Origin: Naegleria gruberi
Taxonomy: Eukaryota
Length of the DNA stretch: 64,000 nt
Assembly: GCA_000004985.1 (NCBI GenBank)
Contig: GG738876.1
Direction: 5' to 3' (one strand)
How positions within the stretch are numbered: the first letter of the stretch is position 1; each line of letters opens with the position of its first letter. Below are positions 1 through 11,600 of the stretch, piece after piece. The notes under the pieces are model-generated. The model made no database searches. It was given only the letters and a program-made list of their open reading frames with translations, and was not told the origin of the DNA. The position numbers were made by a program, and so were the translations under genes.

Positions 1-1132
1 AAAAAGTAGGAAACCAGCTGCTTTCTCTCCCGTTCTGCATTTCTCAACTCTTGAATCAGAAACTTCTCAGTGTAATTCTGAGGAGGATATTCCAAAACGA
101 GATTCAATTTCAGATTTTTAATAACCTGCTCATCAAAGTTGACCCAAGTTTTTGCTCCACTAATGTAACGTGTAGCATTCACTGTACGATAGTATCGATA
201 ATTCAAGCTCAGTGGATTATCTATAGCCATCCAATTAGGAATATACCATCCAACTTGTCCTAATGGACCTAAATCTCCAATATCCATTACATTTCGTCCA
301 TTTAACACATACTTTCTAAAACATTTCAATAAGAAACATTCAATTATTATTCCACCATTCCAGAAAACAATCCAAAAATCAATCACAGTTTAATTATTTA
401 TCAAGTAAAAATTGAGATTTCTTACCTGTAAACATCCAAATGATTTAACTTCCAAAATTCTAACAAGACGTAGGGAACCTCATCTCCTCTACTCTCCATC
501 ACTCTAAGAGATTCATCCACGCCATATTCCTCAACATCGACACATACTCCAAGTACTTCCTCGAGGAAAACTTTTGCTATTTGAATGTTCATCGTTGTTG
601 CTAACCAATTATATTGGATTAGTTTAATTCTGGGCGAAAGTGGTGTGCATGCAGTTCCTGAGGCGGTATGAAGTGAAGGAAGGCATGATGATGATGTTGA
701 ATATGATGTTGGTGAAACATGTTGTTGGTTTGATGGTTTAGAATGTGCAAACAAGATGACTAAACACAAGACTAAACTCAATCGAAAGAAGTAACGAAAT
801 AGAAGGGAATAATTGCGTCGCCGTTTCTTCATTGTTTCTTTTCTCAAAAACCACACAAACAACCAATACAGTACCAACTCCAGTTTGGATTCGTTCAGTT
901 TCCCTTTATCTATATTAGGACATGAGACATATAAATATTGAGGACCAAGTTTCCTCCACATGTTGAGAGATTCTATCCCGCATGTTGGGATCCATGTCTT
1001 CTCATTTCGTACAAAATTATTAAGGCCTACGACGTTTAGTGATTGCTTGTTCTGTACAGTTTCATTTGAGGAAATAGATATTGATAAAAAAGATGAGAAG
1101 GATAGTAATTGATCACAAGATAATAGTTTCAT
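1..1132 (-). CDS. Membrane protein, 5'-complete and 3'-partial (runs off window start), 2 exons: 426..1132 and <1..315, with a 110-bp intron at 316..425. A possible type II signal-anchor topology (MKKRRR + TM) starts at an internal ATG at 832, suggesting a Golgi glycosyltransferase-like protein. Function unknown.
   Basis: ORF 422..1132 (236 aa) has hydrophobic N-terminal segments. On the minus strand the ORF ends at GAT GTT TAC AG|GTAAGA. An intron with acceptor TTTTAG sits at 316..425. The downstream exon stays open in frame (RKYVLNGRNVMDIGDLGPLGQVGWYIPNW...) to position 1. No family was recognised by eye. Confidence 0.45.
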
Positions 1133-1994
1133 TTGTGCAAGTGATGATAAAGGTAATTACTAGAGCTGGTTTCGGATTGGTTGGTTTCGAATAATATTGG
1201 TTAACAGATGTAAGTTGATGATGATAAAATAACCTGTGTGCTATCATGTTATCTGGTTTCGGCAGTTTTTTAAATGATTATTGTGTTCTATCTTTCTAAT
1301 AATTATTGTGATCAATTTCGAATACACATGTATTATCAGAAACGTACGTTACTATTTTGAACTCTCTACGAAAGTAATAGGCAGTTAATGGCAAGACATT
1401 ATGACAATCATTTGATTGAAAAAGCAAGAATAGTTTCAGTTTCCAATAATGAAATCTGCAAATCGTACAAGTTCATTCTCTCTGATTTTCAAAAGACCTT
1501 TTCAATAATCAAATCTTCCAAAATCAACACGTTCCCCTTACAACCCGAACCATTAAGCTTTTCAAGTTTTTTATCCATACTTTCGAATTTTCTTTCGAAT
1601 TTAATTTCTTATTAAGAAGCACAAGAGACCATTGTATTTTTCCAAAACAACACTTTAAATAAAACTTTTCTTTTTCACTTTTGGCTATTGGGAGTAATTT
1701 CACAAACCACTCTCTATTTGTCGATTTACAACAATATCCAAAATTCTCATCCAACACTATTAATATTTTTTTACAAACACTTGAAAAAATGTTTGAAAAA
1801 ATGTTATGAAAATTTTCTCAAATCTCTTTCGATTGATTTAGTAATTAATTGTTAAATTTATTGAAATTCAACCTTTTTAAAAAGACAAGCGAAGTTATTG
1901 GTCTTGCTTGTTCATAGATGGCATATGCACGTAAAGTTGTCACAACTCGATACCAAATTAAACAACTGCAAGATTTCGAATAAGATTAAAAAAA

Positions 1995-4900
1995 ATGTCA
2001 CTACTCAATGCCAGTGATTTTTCTGATGGAATTCCTTCGCCGATTCATACACCAAAATCTAACAAGGAGATAGTCTTTCCGAATGGTGATTCTGGTATGC
2101 TAACGCCTCTTCAAGATGATTCGAATGTACTTTCAGAAGATTCGAATAATATTTCTTCTTCAAATTCTTCACCTTCTATTGCTATTATCAAGAATGGATC
2201 ACATGAAGAGGATTTAAAAGATGATATCAAGATTTATTCATCATCACCTGTTCCTGCACTTGCCCTGTCAAAATTAATGAAAAATCATCAGGAAGAATCT
2301 ATCCGAAACATTTCCAATAATTATCCAAATAATAATAACAATAACAACACTCTTCAAACAACACCAAACAGTAGCCGAAGTACTCATTCCACTCTCTCAA
2401 ATGGTTCTTCCACCATCATGATGGGAAATACTTCACAAAGAACACTTTCTCCCATTTATCATTCTCTTCACAATGCTTCGTCTACCTATTCGAATGTTAA
2501 TCACAGTCAGCAGCATAATTTAAACTCGAGTCGTTCCAACAATTCTTCGTCAGGTTCAAGATTTCTTTCACCCCAAACTCCAAGAAGATTTAATCATTAT
2601 CCAATGTATCGATCAACTTCGACACCAATCATTTCTCCAAGGTACAATCCACAAATGGTTTCTCCACGTGTCATGATGAATACAAGTTTACATAGTGGAT
2701 TAAACTCTGCTAGATCGAATAGAATGATTTCCATGCAGCAACAACAGTTCAATTCATCAGCAGCAGCAGCAGCATCAGCAGACGAAACTTCATTGAGTGA
2801 AATAGTGCAGATGAGTATTGATGAGGAAGGTACTTATCCTTCATTTGGATTCTTATTGGATACGTTGTGTGAGAGACAGTTTGATAGAGTTGTGAAGGGA
2901 GTTCACACAATTATCGATGATTCTGAGAGGGAAATTGAACAATTGAAAATGTGGATTGAAAAGAATGTGGAAGAAATTGATTATCTGAATCAAGTGAAAG
3001 ATAGTTTAATGGTTCAGTATCAGGAATTAACGAGAGAGATGGATAGAGAAAGACAAACTCTATTGATTAAGAGTAAGGAGAATGAAAATCTCAAATTTGA
3101 GCTGGAAATGAAGAGTATGGAAATTAAGAATGTTGAAAGACAGTTAATGACCAATAAGAATCAAAATTCTGAATTGAATGATAGAATTGAACAAGTGGAA
3201 AAGGAACTAAAGCAAAAAGAAAGACAAATTAATTCCACAAATAATAATTTAATCGAATCAGAGGAGAAATTGAAATCCAAATTGAATGAAATCTCCTCAC
3301 TGAATAACAAGATTGAAATGTACACTTTAGAAACGAGCGAACTCAAACTTGCAAAGGAAAAGTTAGAGAAACAAATTGAAACTCTGAGAAATGAGGTCAA
3401 AACTCTCAAGAGTAATAATGAAGGATACGTGACAATTATCGATCAACAAAACAAGACAATCAATAGAGTTAATGCCAATCTGAAAGAGAAGCAATCAGAG
3501 CTGGAAGAAAAAGATAATGAAAAACAAGATTTATACAATCAAATGGTCATTCTCAAGAGAAATTTCACAGAGAAGGAAAATTCATTGGTTGACTCTCAAA
3601 GTGATTTGGTCAAAATGAAGAGAAAGTTTGAAGATCAGGCACGAGAATTTGAATCATATCGACAAGAGATGAAACAGGAAATGGAAAAGTATCACACCCT
3701 TGTTTCTGATCATCAACAATCAAAGATGAATGAATTAGAAAAGGATCAAGTATTGAAAAAGCATGCAACACTGTTGGAACAATTTGAAGCTTTGCAATTG
3801 AAACATAACAGTTCAGTGTATGATTTACATGAAACCAGACGTGAAAGTCAAGAATATCAAAGAACAAACGAATCCCAAAAGAAGGACATTGAGAAATTGT
3901 TAAAGAGAATTAAGGAACAGGACGATGAAAAATTACAACTCGAAGAGAGGATCAAATGGTTAGAGAGTAACTCTCTCGAGCAAAAGAGCTCCATATCCAA
4001 ACTTCATAAGGAAAATGAAGAGCTCGAGAGTACCGTGTATGGCCTGAAAAAGGATATCAAGATAAGAGAACAAGTATTGGCAGATAAGGATAATGAAATT
4101 TCGCAAAAGGAAAAGGAAATTCAACTCTCCACTGATATTGCCAAAGAAAAAGATTTGGAAATTGAAAAATCTCAAGAAAAGAACCTTTCTCTCCAAAAGC
4201 AAATCGAGCAACTTGATACACAAGTCAAACAATTAACTGGTGATGTTTCAGATCTGAATGAAGAATGTGAAATGTTGAGAAAATATATTTCAGAAGAGAA
4301 GAGTTTCATTCTAGAATCAGATCCAACTCTCAAATTAGTATTACTCATGAAGCAAGAAGGTTTCCCAATTGATGAGTCATACGTTGATAAAATTAGAGGA
4401 AGAAGCATATTCAATTTATTGAGAATGGGAGTTGGTGCTTACAATGTTAGAGTTGGAGATGATGGAAATGGACAAATTGATAGTGAGAGAAGAAAGGAAG
4501 AAACCTTCTTTGCTGAAAAGGCACTCTCTAAATGGTTGCAAAATTTACTTCCTGAAGATTACAATCCTGAACAGAATTTGTATGAAAATATTGCTGATGG
4601 TTTCATGTTGTGTAGAATGATCGATACATTATTTAAGGAAGTTCAGCCTTGCGATCATATTAGAGTAGATAATGCTCTTATTAGAAATCAAAGATCAGAT
4701 TCTGATAACTTGGCAGTTTATTTGGATTATTGTAAAAAGTTAGAATTGAAGAGCTATTTTGAACCTGATATGCTATTCAAAGTTAAAGAAGCCTTTCATG
4801 GTATTCCATCTCTAGCACAAGATTCCATGATAATGGCAAGAGAAAGAGCCTTGATTGTTTCTAATATTGCACAAATATTCGAATTGAATATTAAATGCAA

Positions 4901-5696
4901 CATGTCACCAAGAAAGAAAGAAGAAATACTCGGAAAACTTTTTAATGCAAAACTGGAAAGAGATGCTAATTCACCAATTCTACCAAGATCCAGATCTTCA
5001 TCTGTCAACTCATCTAGAAGTGGTGGTATACGTCCATCAAAAAGAAATAGCATTGCCTTAACTAACTTTTCTATAGCTGTTTCTCCTTCACCACGTATGA
5101 ATGAGGGAATTACACCAAAATCAGCTCGATTTGCAAAAGACATGTTTGAATCTCCAACGATTGGAAACAAAACTCCACCTACTATTCCCTATCTCAAACC
5201 GTTCACATCAAATATGGATTGTCTTTCTCAAGTTTCATCGCCACTCAGTAATGTAACAACTGAGGATGATATTTGGTTGGAACACATGTTAGAAGATATG
5301 AAAATTACACCTTCATCACCTGCAGAATCCAAATTTCAACTCAAATATTATTTGAACAGAGCTGGATCATACTTTGCAAGTGAAGAGCAAAGAGATGAAT
5401 TCATGTCACTTTTGAGAACATTCAAGTTTTTACAAATTGATTTATCAGATTGTCAAAAGTTTGTCAATGAGAAGGAGATTGTTGAAATATTGACAAGATT
5501 GTGTGAAAATAGACATGCATTAAGATTGGATCTGAGTGGATATTGTCTAAAGCCTTACATTAGTCTTGTTGAAAAGTATCTTGCATCTAAAACAGCCATC
5601 AAATATTTGATAATGAAAGACTGTGGATTTAGTGAGGAAGAAAAATCTTCATTGAAACGAGTTGCAAAGACCTTTGACATTTTGACAGATCTGTAA
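1995..5696 (+). CDS. Large coiled-coil protein (1233 aa) with an N-terminal Ser/Asn-rich low-complexity region, a long central coiled coil and a C-terminal calponin-homology (CH)-like domain
   Basis: Uninterrupted ORF with AAAAAAATG start context. Heptad-rich E/K/Q/L segment at roughly aa 300-760. The segment WLQNLLPEDYNPEQNLYENIADGFMLCRMIDTLF...AVYLDYCKKLEL...ALIVSNIAQIFEL matches the CH-domain pattern. Confidence 0.75.
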   Translation: MSLLNASDFSDGIPSPIHTPKSNKEIVFPNGDSGMLTPLQDDSNVLSEDSNNISSSNSSPSIAIIKNGSHEEDLKDDIKIYSSSPVPALALSKLMKNHQEESIRNISNNYPNNNNNNNTLQTTPNSSRSTHSTLSNGSSTIMMGNTSQRTLSPIYHSLHNASSTYSNVNHSQQHNLNSSRSNNSSSGSRFLSPQTPRRFNHYPMYRSTSTPIISPRYNPQMVSPRVMMNTSLHSGLNSARSNRMISMQQQQFNSSAAAAASADETSLSEIVQMSIDEEGTYPSFGFLLDTLCERQFDRVVKGVHTIIDDSEREIEQLKMWIEKNVEEIDYLNQVKDSLMVQYQELTREMDRERQTLLIKSKENENLKFELEMKSMEIKNVERQLMTNKNQNSELNDRIEQVEKELKQKERQINSTNNNLIESEEKLKSKLNEISSLNNKIEMYTLETSELKLAKEKLEKQIETLRNEVKTLKSNNEGYVTIIDQQNKTINRVNANLKEKQSELEEKDNEKQDLYNQMVILKRNFTEKENSLVDSQSDLVKMKRKFEDQAREFESYRQEMKQEMEKYHTLVSDHQQSKMNELEKDQVLKKHATLLEQFEALQLKHNSSVYDLHETRRESQEYQRTNESQKKDIEKLLKRIKEQDDEKLQLEERIKWLESNSLEQKSSISKLHKENEELESTVYGLKKDIKIREQVLADKDNEISQKEKEIQLSTDIAKEKDLEIEKSQEKNLSLQKQIEQLDTQVKQLTGDVSDLNEECEMLRKYISEEKSFILESDPTLKLVLLMKQEGFPIDESYVDKIRGRSIFNLLRMGVGAYNVRVGDDGNGQIDSERRKEETFFAEKALSKWLQNLLPEDYNPEQNLYENIADGFMLCRMIDTLFKEVQPCDHIRVDNALIRNQRSDSDNLAVYLDYCKKLELKSYFEPDMLFKVKEAFHGIPSLAQDSMIMARERALIVSNIAQIFELNIKCNMSPRKKEEILGKLFNAKLERDANSPILPRSRSSSVNSSRSGGIRPSKRNSIALTNFSIAVSPSPRMNEGITPKSARFAKDMFESPTIGNKTPPTIPYLKPFTSNMDCLSQVSSPLSNVTTEDDIWLEHMLEDMKITPSSPAESKFQLKYYLNRAGSYFASEEQRDEFMSLLRTFKFLQIDLSDCQKFVNEKEIVEILTRLCENRHALRLDLSGYCLKPYISLVEKYLASKTAIKYLIMKDCGFSEEEKSSLKRVAKTFDILTDL

Positions 5697-5713
5697 TAAA
5701 TATTAGTGTATTA

Positions 5714-8179
5714 TTACTTAGTCTTTTTTGGTGTTGATTTCTTTTTTCCTCTTCCTGGACTTTTCTTGGTCTTTGATTTAGATTTTGGAGTGGAAGGTTC
5801 CTCTTTTGGTTCTTCTTTGCTTTCAGTTTCTTCCTTTACAGGTGTGGAAGGCTCTTCTTTTTTCTCTGCCATTTGCTCTTCCTTAATTTCTTCCTTCTCC
5901 TTTTTTTCCACCTTCTTTTCTTTTTTTGGTGTTGCTTTCTTTTTCTTAGTTTCTTTCTTAGGAGTACTCTTCTTTTTTGGAGATTTCTTTGGCTTTTTTT
6001 CCTCCTCTTCTTCTGTTTGATACTCTTCCTCATCTTCATCAGGAAGTTCTAGATTTTCAAAGTCAACTGGAGCCTCTTTCTTTGCTGCTCTCTTTCTCTT
6101 TTTTTCAGGTTGTACATTCTGTGAAAATATTGTTGGATAGGTCATGAAAAGAATATTTGAGAGTGCGTTAGAAAGCCATTCTTGCTCTGGATCCAGGTCA
6201 CTTGCTTTCTTAGAGTTCAACTTGGTAAATTTATCCTTCAACAGACCAGAGATTATTGTATCAAAAAGAATATGATTGTTAAATGTTGGTGTACATTCTT
6301 CCGTTAATAATTTTTCAAAACTATTTTCAATCAGCTCAGAAATATCTACTAATGGGAAATAATATGAAAATACCTTCTTGATATTTTCAACATTTTCACT
6401 ATAATTATAGATATCAGGTACAATGGTAAGCTCATACTGCTTCAGAGGTAATTTTCGAAGTAATGAAATTTTCTCCTTGAGATAGACTTTTGGAAGTGTT
6501 GTAGATCTTCTTGGTCTTGAAGATGTTGAAGTTTCAACCTCTGTTCCAGCTGTCTCTGTAAATGTTCTTCCTATTAAAACTCTAGAAACTCCCTCCTCTG
6601 CATGTTTCGAAAAATATTGAATAGCATCCATTACTGGTTCAATGATTGGCTGATAACTAGATGATCCGTTTCCACTCAATAACTCGCTTCCATTTCCAGA
6701 ACTATTACCGAAAATATTTGAGAAAACATTATGTGAATAATAAGATGCCTCAGGTACTTGCGTTTGACATCCATCATGATCGAAACGTGACTTGTATATA
6801 TACAAAAACTTAGAGTGATCCACCAATTCTTGAATTTGATCAAATACTAGATTAATATTTACACTTTCACTCTTTTGTGAGTGTCCAATAAGATAATCAG
6901 TCAAATATTGGCAAAATTGTTGTGATGTAAACTTGGTATTAACATTAGATAGAATAGTTGTATAAATTTTAGAAAGTGAAGTATTTTCAAACTTTCTAAA
7001 AAGATAATAATCCATTGGAGATGCATCACCTTGTTCTTCCAAATCTTCTTTAGATAAATTTTCTTCTGGTTTTTTTTGCCTTGTACTTCTTCTCGTGTTA
7101 GTGGATTCTGTTGGAGTAGTTGGGCTTGATTCAAGTAATTTCTTACGATCTTTCTTCATCTGTAAATATGCCAACAGATCAAACATGTGCACATATATTA
7201 AGAGTAAAAAGCTTCTCCTAACAATATAGAAATTTTTGCAATGCTCAGTCGGATTCATGTACATTGGTTTCTCTTTACCACTCTTGGTGGCAGATCCAAA
7301 CTTTTGAAGTAAATTCTCGTAGAATGTTTCATGTACTAAATTTTGTGCTTTTGGATAATGTTTAAATCCTGCTTTTCCAATTAAACTTTTTGATCCTTTT
7401 GGGCTAGAAGCACTAAACTTATTTCCAACATAAAAATTACCACTCACAGATTGATGTCTTCTTTCAAATTCTCTCATGTCTATAGCAAAATCAAAGTAGA
7501 GTAAATATGAATCTCCAGAAAGAAGAGAATCTAATATGAACTTTGTTTTTCCTGCTGCTTCATCCTGTATAAGAACGTGAGCTTTTGATTTGTTTGATTC
7601 CACTAATTTTTTGAATGCCTCAGGACTAAGAGATTGATCTGATTTGTCATCAAATAATGCTCGACTTTTCTTTTTCTCTGGTTCGGTTGTATCTTGCTCT
7701 TTTCTAAATGTTGCTCCCATGAGCATATCAACTTCTCCAACATTCGAATAATTATTTTCTATAGGACATGATAAGAACATGTTAGAATTGGTTGTTTTGT
7801 CAATTGGAAGAGTAGCTTCGGATAATGATTTTTGTGAACTTTTCCATCTCAAATATTCAACTTTAAGTTGTGCAATATGTGATGCTAGAATGGATTGAAT
7901 ATTACCCTCTATAGTTGAGCTTGCAAAGTCTAATGAAATACAAGATGCATTGTCTGAGTCATTTGTCTTCGGACTTGGTGCGAATTGTGTTTTTAAAGTA
8001 TTAGATAAAAGTAGGCTAGATTGCTTCTTTTTTTGCTTTTGAATAGAGTTTCTCATCTTTAATAATACATTCCACTTGGCTGATTGATCATCCGATGATG
8101 AAGATTCCTTTTTAGTTTCCTTCTCATTGTTTTTCTTTGATCCACCATCTATTAGTTTTACAATAAATTTAGTTGTCAT
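5714..8179 (-). CDS. Hypothetical protein (~821 aa) with a strongly basic, Lys/Glu-rich C-terminal tail carrying repeated S/TPKK-type motifs (histone H1-like DNA-binding tail). Probably nuclear.
   Basis: Continuous ORF. The true ATG is at 8179 (the track start at 8182 is a GTG). The C-terminus reads KKPKKSPKKKSTPKKETKKKKATPKKEKK...PSTPKSKSKTKKSPGRGKKKSTPKKTK. No catalytic motif was recognised. Confidence 0.65.
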   Translation of the reverse strand: MTTKFIVKLIDGGSKKNNEKETKKESSSSDDQSAKWNVLLKMRNSIQKQKKKQSSLLLSNTLKTQFAPSPKTNDSDNASCISLDFASSTIEGNIQSILASHIAQLKVEYLRWKSSQKSLSEATLPIDKTTNSNMFLSCPIENNYSNVGEVDMLMGATFRKEQDTTEPEKKKSRALFDDKSDQSLSPEAFKKLVESNKSKAHVLIQDEAAGKTKFILDSLLSGDSYLLYFDFAIDMREFERRHQSVSGNFYVGNKFSASSPKGSKSLIGKAGFKHYPKAQNLVHETFYENLLQKFGSATKSGKEKPMYMNPTEHCKNFYIVRRSFLLLIYVHMFDLLAYLQMKKDRKKLLESSPTTPTESTNTRRSTRQKKPEENLSKEDLEEQGDASPMDYYLFRKFENTSLSKIYTTILSNVNTKFTSQQFCQYLTDYLIGHSQKSESVNINLVFDQIQELVDHSKFLYIYKSRFDHDGCQTQVPEASYYSHNVFSNIFGNSSGNGSELLSGNGSSSYQPIIEPVMDAIQYFSKHAEEGVSRVLIGRTFTETAGTEVETSTSSRPRRSTTLPKVYLKEKISLLRKLPLKQYELTIVPDIYNYSENVENIKKVFSYYFPLVDISELIENSFEKLLTEECTPTFNNHILFDTIISGLLKDKFTKLNSKKASDLDPEQEWLSNALSNILFMTYPTIFSQNVQPEKKRKRAAKKEAPVDFENLELPDEDEEEYQTEEEEEKKPKKSPKKKSTPKKETKKKKATPKKEKKVEKKEKEEIKEEQMAEKKEEPSTPVKEETESKEEPKEEPSTPKSKSKTKKSPGRGKKKSTPKKTK

Positions 8180-8613
8180 CACACATGATGATAAATGTTC
8201 AATTAATCACAATTTTAATGATGAAAAAAACAAACCCTTCTTTGAAGATCTTGTTGCAGGCATTTTTTTGGCGGTAATTGTTCTTACCCATTTCCTCTAA
8301 AAGCTGGAAACATAAAAATATTCCAAATACACTTTTCAGCCTTGGTTATTCCGTAACTTGAAGAGCCTAACAAAATTGGATTGAATTTTATTGTCTTGTT
8401 CATTATCAAATTAAGCAAATTTCAAACTCAGCATGTACAATTAATCGAAAATAAAACTAAAATATTCTCAAGTGTGATGAGTGCTTGGGAGAATATTTTT
8501 AGGTTTTAAAGAGATCCAAAATTTTATTGTTTAAAAAAAACTTAACACAACAACAACTAGCAGCATTTCGGAACCTTCTATTATCAAGAAGTAAATTTAA
8601 TAATAACAACAAC

Positions 8614-11600
8614 ATGGAAGAAGAGTATCAAAATTCAAATCAAATAGAAGAGGAAGAAGAAGAAGAAACAACTGAACAAATTTTGGAAGAAATCGCCGAA
8701 GGTGATGATATTGATGATGATGATGAATTGTTGCAACAATCATTACTTCCAACAAAGAAACATCACGATATTTCCATCCAATCACTTGACCAAATTAAAC
8801 AAATTATATCTTTTAATCAATATGATTTAATTGATGCTAAAGGAGGTTTAGATTTGGTTATTGTTAATGGCGATCAATTAGTAGCACACTTTTTAAGAGA
8901 CTCCTTCGGAAGAAATGAATCTAATGAAAGTCTTTATAGATTGGATTGGTTAAAACATGGTGGTCAACTTCTTCACCTGACATACCTTGTTGAAACATTC
9001 GTTAAAAACTTGTTGGATCGTGATATGAGAATTGATATTGTCTTTTTTGAAGATATTAGAACAAGTCAATGTATCAAATCATCATTCTTGTTGAATTTGG
9101 CTTATGAAATTCATCAAGATTTAGGAATTTCTTTCCAATCATTAGCTTACAGCTTTTTGGTTGCCAAACAAGCTATTTCATCACAATTGAAGAAAATTTC
9201 CGAGAATTATTCCAAGTCAGATGTTTTTACTGTTACTTTCCTCAACGATACATGGTACAAATCAAGTAATTGGGAAAATCTTATCACAAAGAGAAAACCA
9301 TCATTTATTATTTCAACATTGGCACAAAATTCGATCATTGACGAACTTTTCTGTACAGAGACTGTCCTTGTAAGACAAGTAATTTTGACCTATGATTTAT
9401 GTTTTTACGGAAATACTGTAATTGGTTTCTGTTCAGCTGTTAGAGATAACATGACAAACTCTTACAAATTGAGAGAAGTTGAATTGTTTTTGGAAAAAAA
9501 TTTCTCTGAAGAAAGGTCAGAAAATGTATTCAAATTGACTTCTCAAATTGGGCTTGCAGCTGAAAAACATTTCTCAGAAATTAAATCAAATATTGAGCAA
9601 ATTATTTCAAAGGAGCTCTCGGATTCATCTCTTACCAAAAAGGTTTCTGTGTCAAGTTTAACCCTTTCAGCCATTGCCTCCATTGATTCTCTCTCTGAAC
9701 AAACAACTCCAAATGCATTGGCTCTCTCAAAGATATTTATTCTCACTAATATTATTCAAAACATTATTCCACTCAAAGACAGAGCACAACATATTGAAGA
9801 CGTTTCCTTGGATACATCATTAATCTCATTCCAAGAAAAAATTTTGACATCCCTTTACCACTCTCTCAAGCAAACAAACATTGAAGATAATTTATATGAT
9901 CTTTTGGACTTTAGATTGTTTTTGAAGGTTCTGACTATTTTATTGAGCTCAGGAGTTGCTCAAAAACTTGAAAATAATTCATCAGATGATCACCTTTTAG
10001 CAGAACTTTTACCAAAAGAGCTTCAGAATCTATTTAAATCCTTGGTGTCTCTATTGACAACATCAAAGTCAACCAAGGATGCCTCATGGTGGGAAAAGGT
10101 ATTAAATCCTTTAGTTTCAAAAAGATCAGAAACTGAGGATTACAAACCAAGACATCCTGAGTGTCTTTTAAGAGAGATTCTACCATTAAATCAAGATGTA
10201 ATCAATGGATTGGTATCTGGCGTAAATATTACTCTTCCTCACAAATCTGAAAAGATAATTACTGAACAAGCTCCTGTTAAAGAAGAACCTAAACCAGAAA
10301 TTGTAGAAGAAGCACAAGATGGATTGGAAGATTGGGAAAAGGAAGACTGGCTTCAGGAAGAACAAGTTGAGGAAGTTGTCGAAGTTAAAGAAGAACAAGA
10401 AATACTCACAGAAGAAGAAGCTAAGGAACTCAGTTTTGAAAGATGTTTCCCTGTGAGAGAACAAGAAGTCAACTATTCCCAAAAGAAGGACGTCGAAGAA
10501 CAAATTCCAAACGATTTTTCTGGACCAAAGAGTGAATGGGAAAAGATCAAGGTACAAGAAGCTCAAAAGAGATTGCACAGATACTCCGAATCAATGAGGG
10601 CTTTATCCGATAAGAAGGTTATTGAAAATGCTAAATCATCAGGTGTTGTAGCTGAAGAAGTCAAACCTGTCGAACAAACAAAGGGTGGAAAACCAGCTAA
10701 ACCTAATAAGAAGGAAGAAAAACAAGCAACTCCAGCTGCATCAGCAGCTCCTTCAACAAAGGTTAGATTGATGATGATTGAATCTAACACAAAGAAACGT
10801 GAAAAGGAAATTAATGAACTTACTGGAAAATTGTCTGAATACCAACAAAAATTCAGCGAATATAACAATAAGGCCGACGAATTGAAAGAACACGGAGGAA
10901 AGATTGAACAATATGAATCATTGACCAAATTATTGTTGGAAGGTATTTTCAAGGATATTAGACTTGTACAAAATATTCAAGCTACTGAAGGTGGTAGCTC
11001 TGCAAATAAGAAGAGTGCCAGTAGTAGTTCTGAAAGTTTCACAGCTGCTACTTTGTTACTAGAACAAAGAACAACTTGTGAAAATTTGTGGGTTCAACTT
11101 TCTATCCTCAGGCTTCAATTTATGACAAGAAAGTTGTTACTTGAAAGACAAGATCTTCAAACCTCTTTGAGAAGAACTCAATCATCTGCTCCAAAGAAGG
11201 GCGTTAAATTCCTTAGTTTTGACGAAGAGCCATCCGAAGACTCCAAAGAAAAGAAAGACGATAAGAAGAAAGGTGCCCTCAAGGAAGCAAACCCTAATGC
11301 AATTCCACAAATTGACAACTTGTCTGGAGGTGCTGACTTGGATTTATCTTTGTACTGGGAGCCTTTTGAACTTACCAATAGGATCTACGAAATTGTTACA
11401 CAATTGATTAATGATTCCTACATTTCAGAATTGTCTGTGGCAACATCAGCATCCCAAGAAAAGGATAAAAAACCAACAAAGGCTGCTGCCAAAAAGCCTG
11501 CAAAGGGGGACAAGAAGGGTGAAAAAGTTAAACCAATCTCAAAGATTGATCTCAAAGATGTCATTCAAACCTTGATCAATTTCATGTGTGATTTGGGCTT

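Noticed and set aside
5706-6039. ORFs 5706..6020(+) and 5836..6039(-), Phe/Ser-rich or Arg/Lys-rich
   Set aside because: They are alternative-frame or antisense translations of the Lys/Glu-rich repeat that encodes the C-terminal tail of gene 5714..8179.
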